NCBI GenBank assembly: GCA_951406725.2
Contig: OX597824.1
Span: 9,176,001 to 9,240,000 of the forward strand
Direction: 5' to 3'
Length of the DNA stretch: 64,000 nt
Source: Octopus vulgaris
Lineage: Eukaryota
The notes below the pieces were generated by a model. It was not told the origin of the DNA. It made no database searches and saw only the letters and a list, made by a program, of their open reading frames with translations. Each line of letters opens with the position of its first letter. Position 1 is the first letter of the stretch. Below, one piece after another: positions 54,236 to 64,000 of the stretch. The position numbers were made by a program, and so were the translations under genes.

Positions 54236-54240
54236 TAGTA
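53795..54240. repeat. (CAT)n and (TAG)n microsatellites
   Basis: Directly visible. Confidence 0.95.
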
Positions 54241-55062
54241 GCAGTATGCATGGAGATGAATGGACTGGATGTGTTGACATGGCTTCATGAAAGATTTATG
54301 TTTTAATTAATAAAAAAGTAAATATTTATTTGGATTATTTTTGCCGCCAAAAAAAAAAAAAATTGAAGCTTTGCCCACCTCGTTTATCTTTGAAATAAGG
54401 AAACAACTTTTTTTTTTTTCGTGGAAATTTGTAAATTCATATTTTATATTTTGTGTACATTCGTTTACAAGTTTTTTTTGTTTTTTATCAAAAGAATTTC
54501 TCTTTCTGAGATTGCATGCAATAGTGACTGAACTGATCTAATCCATGAGTTGAAAAGTCTGCTAAAATAATCATTAATTACAACACTAACACACAAACAA
54601 AAGAATGAAAATTGGAATTTACAGAGCCAGACACATTTGGAAAACAAAATAAACATTTTTAATTCGACACCCACACAAGACAAAATTTTAATAACAACTT
54701 TGCTGGCGTAGACAGTCAAGAATATTCGCTGGGCCAATGTCTGCTCTTGGAAGAAGCGAGAAAAAGACGAGAAAAATATTTTACAAAGGGCCATGCTTTC
54801 TTGACTGAGAAGTAATTCCAAGTAAGGAACGAGCAAGAAGAAAGTTGCATATTTCTTGCCCAGAGCGGTACGGTTTTTCAAATGTTCATGTAAAATCGCT
54901 TAAGAAGAGATCAGGCCAAAATGGGTATATTGTGCATCAGGGCACTATGTAGCCCATCTTTTATACCAAGACAAAACAATGTACATGATAATACTTCCAA
55001 TCAGTTAAGATCAGAAACCACTAGAGCCAATACCTGGGACTGTATCAGGGTATGCAGTATTA

Positions 55063-55099
<37 letters not shown>

Positions 55100-55105
55100 T
55101 AATTA

Positions 55106-55144
<39 letters not shown>

Positions 55145-55145
<1 letters not shown>

Positions 55146-55581
55146 GTTTTTTCCTTCTTTCTTCAAATTTTCTACCGTTTCTCGCCGAGTGTTTTCCATA
55201 CACCTAGGGCAGAGAAGGGCATTGTATGCATTCCCAGATTACACGCGCAAATTCACAGATAAAATATGTATTTAAAAATTAATAAATAAATAAATTCGTG
55301 GATGGATGTTATTTTCACAGCGATAGTGCTCTTCTCAGTACATGAGCCGTTCCAGTTAATACGATTTTTTGCACTTCCTGTAGGGATGGTAAGCCTGGAA
55401 TCATTTTCAAATACGTTTCAGTACCTTTTTTTTTATCATTCCTAGAGATCCTAGAATCACTGGTACTGTAGTCGCCTTGAGATGCCACATTTTTTCAATT
55501 TCCATTAGCAGGTCTTTATATCTACTAATCTTGTCAAATTCTTTCGCCGCTATATTGTGATCACAGGGAATACTCATGTCT
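55145..55581 (-). mobile_element. Dong/R4-clade retrotransposon 3' end inserted in (TAA)n
   Basis: DMSIPCDHNIAAKEFDKISRYKDLLMEIEKMWHLKATTVPVILGSLGMIKK/GTETYLKMIPGLPSLQEVQKIVLTGTAHVLRRALSL*; (TAA)n tracts on both sides. Confidence 0.88.
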
Positions 55582-55604
55582 ATTTATTATTATTTATTAT
55601 TATT

Positions 55605-55683
<79 letters not shown>

Positions 55684-56307
55684 GAATTCCGTCGAGAGTC
55701 ACTCTGCCTTTCATCTTTTCGGAGTCGATACAATAAGTACCAGTTAAACGCTGGGTTCGATAAAATCGATCTACTTCTTTCTCCCGTAATTGCTGACATT
55801 TTTCCAAAAATTGAAACCTGTATATATCCAAAACTATTGCGTAACATGTTTTTCCACCGCAGACAGTTTTTGCTGAAATATTTCGTAAGAGCTCTAGGGT
55901 TTGTTTTTTATTGTTTAGCAAACTATTTTCTTTGTTTTACGCATAACTTCCTGATTTACGATCTGATCGTCTTTTCTTTTCTAATTTTTCTTTACTTTAT
56001 TTTCTTATTGGTGTTTTTGGTATGTCTTCCTTTCTTTTCGGCGTTCTTCTTCGATTTCCGATATTTTAGCTTTGAGAAACTTTCTTCATAGATTAGCTAG
56101 CGTTATAGTAAGATCTAAACTATTGCTTTTAAATTTTTAGACGAGTGCATTGCAGGAGTTCCAAGTTGTGAGTAGAGTATACCTGTAGAATAGAAGCCTA
56201 TTCCTCGACTGCCCGTTTCTGTTATTTGTGTTCTATTATATCTGCGAGAGCTGAAGAGTAAGATCGGACGCTTCATCTTTATTGCTATAATTATCTCTGT
56301 GCTCTGA

Positions 56308-56722
56308 AGGCGGCGAGCTGGTGGAAACGTTAGCACACCGGGCGAAATACTTAGCAGTATTTCGTCTGCCGCTACGTTCTGAGTTCGAATTCCGCCGAGG
56401 TCGACTTTGCCTTTCATCCTTTCAGGGTCGATTAAATGAGTTGCAGTTACGCACTGGAGTCGATGTAATCGACTTAATCCGTTTGTGTGTCCTTGTTTGT
56501 CCCCTCTGTGTGTAGCCCCTTGTGCGTAGTAAAGAAATAGGTATTTCGTCTGCCGCTACGTTCTGAGTTCGAATTCCGCCGAGGTCGACTTTGCCTTTTA
56601 TCCTTTCAGGGTCGATTAAATGAGTAGCAGTTACGCACTGGAGTCGATGTAATCGACTTAATCCGTTTGTCTGCCCTTGTTTGTCCCCTCTATGTTTAGC
56701 CCCTTGTGGGAAATAAAGAAAT
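56308..56722 (+). mobile_element. SINE family A dimer
   Basis: Junction gaaatag/gtatttcg at 56540; TSD ataatta.ctctgtgctc.ga flanks the whole dimer. Confidence 0.92.
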
Positions 56723-57772
56723 ATATAATTACCTCTGTGCTCCGACTTATTCGGTTCTGGCGATCTGACGTTTTGTACTTTCAAGTTTTCGTCAGTCTCA
56801 TACATCAATTTCAAACTACTAATTTCGTTGTTAATCTTGAAGTGAATCATATTGTTTTTACTTGTTTTTACTCATATCATTTGTCGTCTGTCCGCATGAA
56901 GCCGTCTGAAGCTGATGAACGGTGATCCTCAAGATTGTTCTCGTTGCATTAATTTGTCGACTACTACTTGTAATGCACTAATTATACAAAGATCAATAAG
57001 TTTTTACATTCTTAATGTGCACAATTCTTCTTTAAAATTACTCTTATGTCATGTTTAATGTTCTTTTTTTTGGGGGGTTAGGGGCCAGTTTAAAATTGTA
57101 ACTGGATATCTTTGCAACGATTATGCAGCCGCATCTTATATTTTGAATATACCTCGGAATCTTTAGTCCATCACACAAAATGCTCAGCGGAATTTCTTCC
57201 GACTTTAGTTAATAATTTCAAATTCTGCTGTGGTCGACTTTGCGTTTCACCCTTTCGTAGTCGATAATACAAGTTCCAGTTGAGCACTGGGGCCCCTGTA
57301 AGCCACTATACTCCTCCCTTAAAACTGATAGCCTCGTGGGAAGTTTTGAAGGAGTGAAACGAAAATTTCTGTCTTTTGAATACTTAACAATAAGAGTTTT
57401 GTGAGAATCCATATTCCAACTGTCAAAGAAATGTTTGTTTGATTTATATTTACTTTTCTTTCATATTTTAAACACAGTTCACGTTCAAATGTTTACTGCA
57501 TACGATCGTTAACAAGAGCGCAAAATTAAAATTAACAAGAAGCACAAAATATAACAGTGAACACAAAAACAAATTGTACTGGAGAATGAAGAGTATTACA
57601 AGAGAGAATGGAGAATATATCAAATATATTTAACAGAACAGTTGATTGAAAAAACGCTCAAGTTCGTAGATATCATCAAATATTTTGAAATTTAGCGGTG
57701 AGAACCTCGGCGGCACATCGACAAGTGTTAAATATTGAATATATCAGCTTTATTAAAGGACACTCTTTCGTT

Positions 57773-57986
57773 TCTTATTTCTCTATTGCCCACAAGGGGC
57801 TAAACATAGAGGGGACAAACAAGAACAGACAAAGGGATTTACCAGTGCGTAACTGGTACTTATTTAATCGACCCTGAAAGGATGAAAGGCAAAGTCGACC
57901 TCGGCGGAATTTGAACTCAGAACGTAGCGGCAGACGAAATACCGCTCAGCATTTCGCCCGGCGTGCTAACGTTTCTGCCATCTCGC
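57773..57986 (-). mobile_element. SINE family A monomer
   Basis: Reverse complement of the consensus; TSD tattaaagg..act.tttcgtttct. Confidence 0.9.
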
Positions 57987-58862
57987 TATTAAAGGGTACT
58001 ATTTCGTTTCTATATTCGCACAGTTTTAGATTTGGAAATGTTCACAAATCTAGAGAATTACTGTGAATATTGTTTAAAAACCAGGCTGTCTTCTTGCCCC
58101 ATGGTGAAATCGAAGAAAAGGCAAATTGAAATATAATATATTTGTGCCTTATAAATGATGGTGTCAGTTTGGAATTCATATCATTACAGTAGGCAGAAGT
58201 ATTACACAAAATATTGAGAGATACATTTTCCATCGAGAAGAGTAAAGCTTTTTTTTTTTATAGAAGACTCGACACAACACAGGTTGGGATAGGAAGATAC
58301 TGCTTATATATATTTGCACTAGAATTTGGGGAAGAGAAATGTAAGGGTTACAATAAGGGACATTGGGTGTGTTCGGTGTTCCGTGGTTGATAAATTAACT
58401 TTGCACCGCATTATGGGCAGGTGTTTTAGATAGGATCAATGAGATACGACAGCTAATCGGAAAGGGTCAAGATTTGCAAGTTTTAACGGCCCTTCTACTG
58501 AATACTTCAAGGCCATACTCAAGGTTGAAATCCCGCCGAAGTCGAGTTTGCCCTTCATCAAATCAGAGTCGATAAAATAATTAGTAGTTGTGCACAGACA
58601 CAAAATAACGACAGAATTCACCTTAATTATCAATGTTTGTCTACATATTTATGCGATTTTCTAGTACAGGTGCATTTGTCTACAGGAACGTTTCCATATA
58701 CCTGAGGTGTGCGCCGCATACCGCTTAGAGAATATGGCCATTGGATTGGTATGCTTCAAGAGTTTTGCATGGCTGTGAAGCTGTGTTGCTTTTGGTTCGA
58801 CTGTAGCGTTACTATCGCGAACAGAATGCGTAATGTGTACCGAATTATTCTACTGGTCATTT

Positions 58863-59247
58863 GGGGGAAGCACTCCGTCGTTTACGACGATGAGGGTTCC
58901 GGTTGATCCGAATCAACGGAACAGCCTGCTCGTGAAATTAACGCGTAAGTGGCTGAGCACTCCACAGACACGTGTACTCTTAACGTAGTTCTCGGGGATA
59001 TTCAGCGTGACACAGAGAGTGACAAGGCCGGCCCCTTGAAATACAGGTACAACAGAAACAGGAAGTAAGAGTGAGAGAAAGTTGTGGTGAAAGAGTACAG
59101 CAGGGATCACCACCATCCCCTGCCGGAGCCTCGTGGAGCTTTAGGTGTTTTTCGCTCAATAAACACTCACAACGCCCGGTCTGGGAATCGAAACCGCGAT
59201 CCTATGACCGCGAGTCCGCTGCCCTAACCACTGGGCCATTGCGCCTC
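58863..59247 (-). mobile_element. SINE family C, alternative-tail form
   Basis: Same head and body as 39658; TSD ctggtcatt. Confidence 0.88.
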
Positions 59248-59666
59248 CTGGTCATTATATAAGTTAATATATTGTGTGCTACGCTGTTTTATTCTATCCT
59301 TGACGTATACCGTTTGCTCTGAACGCTGACTTGGAATTCTGTTTCGCTTTTATAATTTATAATCAATTTAATTTTCAGTGCTCGCTGACTTTCTTTTCTG
59401 TGAGAAAAATTATCATTAACGCTCATGGCGTTTCTTTTCGGTGCTGGCTTTATTTCAATTAGTTAAACATTACGCTTTGTTATCTATGCTAAGTATGTTA
59501 GCCCACATTTAACTATACACCATTATTCGCAGTTCAGTATGTTAAGTACCTGTGTGTACATTTTACTATGCATTATTCATTGCGTCCGACTTACATATCT
59601 CCAATTACTTTCCCGTGCCTCATCGTCGGTCATATGAGCTGTTAGAAATAACAGCAAAACAGGACG

Positions 59667-60085
59667 GGAGGCGAGCTGGCAGAAACGTTAGCACGCCGGG
59701 CGAAATGCTTAGCAGTATTTCGTCTGCGGTTACGTTCTGAGTTCAAATTCCGCCGAGGTCGACTTTTCCTCTCATCCTTTGGGGGTCGATAAATTAAGTA
59801 CCAGTTACGCACTGGGGTCGATGCAATCCATTTAATCCGTTTGCCTGTCCTTGTTTGTCCTCTCTGTGTTTAGCCGCTTGTGGGTAGTAAAGAAATAGGT
59901 ATTTCGTCTGCCGTTACGTTCTGAGTTCAAATTCCGCCGAGGTCGACTTTGCCTTTCATCCTTTCGGGGTCGAGAAATAAAGTACCAGTTACGCACTGGG
60001 GTCGATTTAATCGACTTAATCCGTTTATCTGTCCTTGTTTGTCCCCTCTATGTGTAGCCCCTTGTGGGCTATAAAGAAATAAGAA
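59667..60085 (+). mobile_element. SINE family A dimer
   Basis: Junction gaaatag/gtatttcg at about 59899. Confidence 0.92.
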
Positions 60086-60169
60086 ATAACATTAAAATCT
60101 CAGAAGAGTTACAAACTACTTTGAAAAGAAAGCAGTGTATAAATTTGTCTCCAGTATAATATGCTTGCA

Positions 60170-60910
60170 TATTATACCGACGACAACGGCAGCAGCGTAT
60201 TTACACACCGGTGGCAAGACATTATTTTAGAAAACGCATAGAGACATAGTCTACACAGCCTGACCAAAGACAACACGATATGCACATAGACTCAAGCAAT
60301 GCACGACATGATTTGTCGAGCTGTAGGCGATTTTTGAGCATTTACAAAGAAGGCCTTAGATAATCGCATTCGTGCGGAAGGGCAGAAAGCGGAAGATGGA
60401 TGGCACAAATGCGGGATAAGGAATCTGAAAGAACAACTCCAAAACCAAGACATTGAAGGGGCATGTGAGTTCCTATGGAATCAGAAGGGGATTTTGCAGA
60501 AGCTTAAATTAATTTGGTATTTCCACTCAGCTCACCCTTCGATGCCAAGATACATTTTCTGCCAAATAAGAACCTCAGTCTCTCATCATTGAACTTAAGC
60601 AAGGCCGCCAATGAAGTGATGGCAACGAGGACAATCCGTGATAATCTTCCGAATTTCTACTAACTATGATTACCTTAACCGAGACGCCCCATAAAAGGCG
60701 ATGTATGCGCCACAAAAGAACGTTCCACAGATTTATTACTGAACAAAATCAGCAGGAACAAGCAGAACAGCATAAGTAACGGCGCAATGAGCGACGTGCT
60801 AGTGAGGCACCTCATGGAAGATATATTCTAGATGAAGGACATTCACGACAGCACTAATGAAGAAAAATTAATAACTCTGGAATGGTCCTCGTTGGAATAT
60901 CTTACATCAT
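60170..60910 (+). pseudogene. Possible decayed RTE LINE endonuclease/linker region
   Basis: DQRQHDMHI/TQAMHDMIC resembles RQRD..DV..TRAM...C; many stops. Confidence 0.3.
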
Positions 60911-61460
60911 AAGTCTATTTGTAAGTCTAAGAAATACGATCCACATTCCGCATAATCATTATTCTCTTAATCACACTGGTCGTATTCATTATTGCTATAT
61001 AAGGTATAATACTAACGAAGCGGTGAGAACAGAGTCGAGAAAGCGTCATTAGAACGCCGAACTAAATGCATTATTAGAAGATTCGGTTTCCCAGATGAAT
61101 TTTCTACCAAAGACCGGATCGATAAAAGAAATACAGGTTATGTAATGTGATCTACAGCCAATAATAACTCCCCCAGAAATTATTGGCCTTATATGTGATC
61201 AAAGAAATTCGATATTATACGTACAAATGCATATTCTAATAGAATATTCCGTACACACACACACACACACACACACATGCACCCCCACACACACGCACGT
61301 TTATATACACTTACAAACTCGTATGCGCTTGTGTGTGTGTGTGTTGATAGATAGATATGCAGATAGGTATATGCATATATACAAATATACGTGCATATAT
61401 ATTTGTATATATATGTAGATATACCAATGCAATCATACATACATACTTATACACACAAAT

Positions 61461-61495
<35 letters not shown>

Positions 61496-62409
61496 CACAT
61501 GTAAATTTGTGAGTGTATATGTAGACATGTGTACATAAGCCTATACATAAATACATACATATATATGTGTGGTGTGTGTGTGTATATATATATATTTATA
61601 TATAAAGCGATAGAGAGATAGACAGATAAATAGATAGATACAGACACACACACACAAATATGCATATATACATTTATATGTAAATTTGTGAGTATATATA
61701 TATAGGCATGTGTTATTAAGTGCATACATAAATACATAAATATATATGTGTGTGTTTATGTATATATAGAGAGATAGATAGATAAATAGATAGATACATA
61801 CATACATACATATATACATACATACATACACACACACACATATACATACGCACTCGCATACACGCATTCCTCTCCATATAGTTACATGTACGCCACATGG
61901 ATTTATGGATGCGTATGAATAATACATCTGTTTCCGTATGTATGCCTCTGCAACAGGTTGATTTGATTTACTTCCGCGTCGGGTTAAATACGAACGCGAA
62001 GTTCAAGCTTTCGAATTTGGGATAGGCTCTTTGATAATATCTAAGAATTAATGACTCAGAGAGGAAAGTAAGTGAATACCCAGTAAAATTTCATTATGTA
62101 ACCAACCGGCTAATACCCATCACACGAATCGGATATAACAAAGAAATTAGATTCACATAAAAATAGTTAGACTGTGTTATAATAGGTGGTCGAAAGCAGC
62201 AAGAATTTGATTATGAATAATCTCAGTTTTGAGCAGGAATGGAGTTATTAATATTTTCTTTTTCCATTGTCTTTGTTCCGCTCTAAAATAAAAGAAAAGA
62301 AAAGAAATGATGGGATCTATTTGTCTGTCTGTGTGTAGATGGGAAGAATTGAGTTTTGCATTATTTCTTTGTATTTATGTTTAGTTATGTGTATACGTAT
62401 TCACTTTTC

Positions 62410-62815
62410 CATGTATGTATGTATGTATGTATGTATGTATGTATGTATGTATGTATGTATGTATGTATGTATGTGTGTGTGTATGTATGTATGTATGTAT
62501 GTATGTATGTATGTGTGTATGTATGTATGTATGCATGATGTATGGATGTATGTATGCATGCATGAATGCATGTATGTGTGTATGTGTGTATGTATGCATG
62601 ATGTATGGATGTATGCATGTATGTATGTATGTATGTATGTATGTATGTATGTATGTATGTATGCATGAATGAATGCATGTATGTATGTATGTATGTATGT
62701 ATGCATGTATGTATGGATGTATGTATGTATGTATGTATGTATGTATGTATGTATATATGTATGCATGTATGTATGTATGTATGTATGAATGTATGTATGT
62801 ATGTATGTATGTATG

Positions 62816-62849
<34 letters not shown>

Positions 62850-62899
62850 TGTATGTATGTATGTATGTATGCATGTATATATGTATGCATGTATGTATG

Positions 62900-62933
<34 letters not shown>

Positions 62934-62959
62934 TGTATGTATGTATGTATGTATGTATG

Positions 62960-62993
<34 letters not shown>

Positions 62994-63015
62994 TATATGT
63001 ATGTATGTATGCATG

Positions 63016-63049
<34 letters not shown>

Positions 63050-63355
63050 TGTATGTATGTATGTATGTATGTATGTATGTATGTATGTATGTATGTATGT
63101 ATGTATGTATGTATGTATATATGTATGCATGTATGTATGTATATATGTATATATGTATGTATGTATGTATGCATGTATATATGTATGCATGTATGCATGT
63201 ATGTATGTATGTATGTATGTATGTATGTATGTATGTATATATGTATGCATATATGCATGTATGTATGTATGTATGTATGTATGTATGTATGTATGTATGC
63301 ATGAATGAATGCATGTATGCATGTATGTATGTATGTATGTATGTATATATGTATG
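62410..63355. repeat. (TATG)n microsatellite, about 950 bp
   Basis: Directly visible. Confidence 0.97.
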
Positions 63356-63486
63356 CTTGCTTGTTTTCATATACTTCCATGACTAGTTGGACTGATGGCT
63401 AGCTGTGTGATTATATATATATATTATAAACATAATATATATAAGTATAAGTATGTATGTATATGTATACAAGCATTATATATATA

Positions 63487-63645
63487 ATAAAAAAAAGCAA
63501 CAAGGATATCTAAAGGTAGTGCAGTACAATCGTTTCATGCTACTTCATTTAATTAAACAATGTAAATATTACACCAGTTTTAAAATGTAGAACACTCTTC
63601 AGCCACATATAGAATTTTTAAAATTAAATTGACAATGTTCATTTT
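63487..63645 (-). ncRNA. Family P5 pLTR fragment with hammerhead
   Basis: Matches 38175-38327; minus strand tgtgg CTGAAGA gtgtt...agcat GAAAC gatt GTA ctgca. Confidence 0.75.
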
Positions 63646-64000
63646 CCTACTTAATTCCATTGGCCAACATTTCAAAGAGGGTAGGTATATAGACAGAGAG
63701 GTGAATCTCATCAACAGAAATATGGTAATAAATGATCTTTTCTCATGGGTAGATAACTTATCACTGAATTTACTTTGTTATTTAGATTTACTATTGGGGA
63801 GGATTTTTTATTCTATTAAGTTCAGTGGAGACAACTAAGAATTTATCTATTTATAGATAGAAGAAGAGGCAGTTTAAGTGGCGGAGCCATAAATCAAACT
63901 CTTCTTTGAAGAACTTAACTCTGGTACTACATCCCAATGTATTTTAGCTAAAGTTATTAGGTTGAAGCTAAAGGGACTATTTCTCACAAACTATTGTTGC

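Noticed and set aside
54540-54900. Enhancer-like unique sequence with TAAT/ATTA motifs (also about 31660-32060 and 37130-37350)
   Set aside because: Such motifs are expected by chance in AT-rich DNA; needs conservation or chromatin data
57170-58590. Additional very old SINE A-like copies (also about 4720, 6190, 7090, 14400, 41000, 41600, 49505, 55683, 61020)
   Set aside because: Core motifs are visible but boundaries cannot be placed reliably, so they are not listed as features

Overview
AT-rich, microsatellite-saturated eukaryotic DNA with no recognisable intact host gene; it is probably intronic or intergenic. The repeat inventory resembles an octopus/coleoid cephalopod genome (inference). 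Nearly all supplied ORFs are translations of (TA)n, (TATG)n, (ATT)n or (CAT)n tracts. The real content is transposon debris: three tRNA-headed SINE families (called A, B, C here), 3' ends of Dong/R4-, CR1/L2- and RTE-type LINEs, decayed Tc1/mariner copies, hAT and fold-back MITEs, and a non-autonomous Helitron. Three things stand out. (1) About 17 minimal or extended type-I hammerhead ribozyme motifs from at least 8 sequence families sit in short Penelope-like terminal-repeat pieces whose 3' ends almost always abut (TA)n tracts; several form palindromes and some carry compensatory core changes (U3-A8). (2) SINE A forms dimers and trimers with fixed junctions, consistent with self-targeted insertion or a multimeric template. 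(3) SINE B and a CR1-like LINE share a 3' hairpin that covaries between copies. All calls are by eye; coordinates of decayed elements are approximate.
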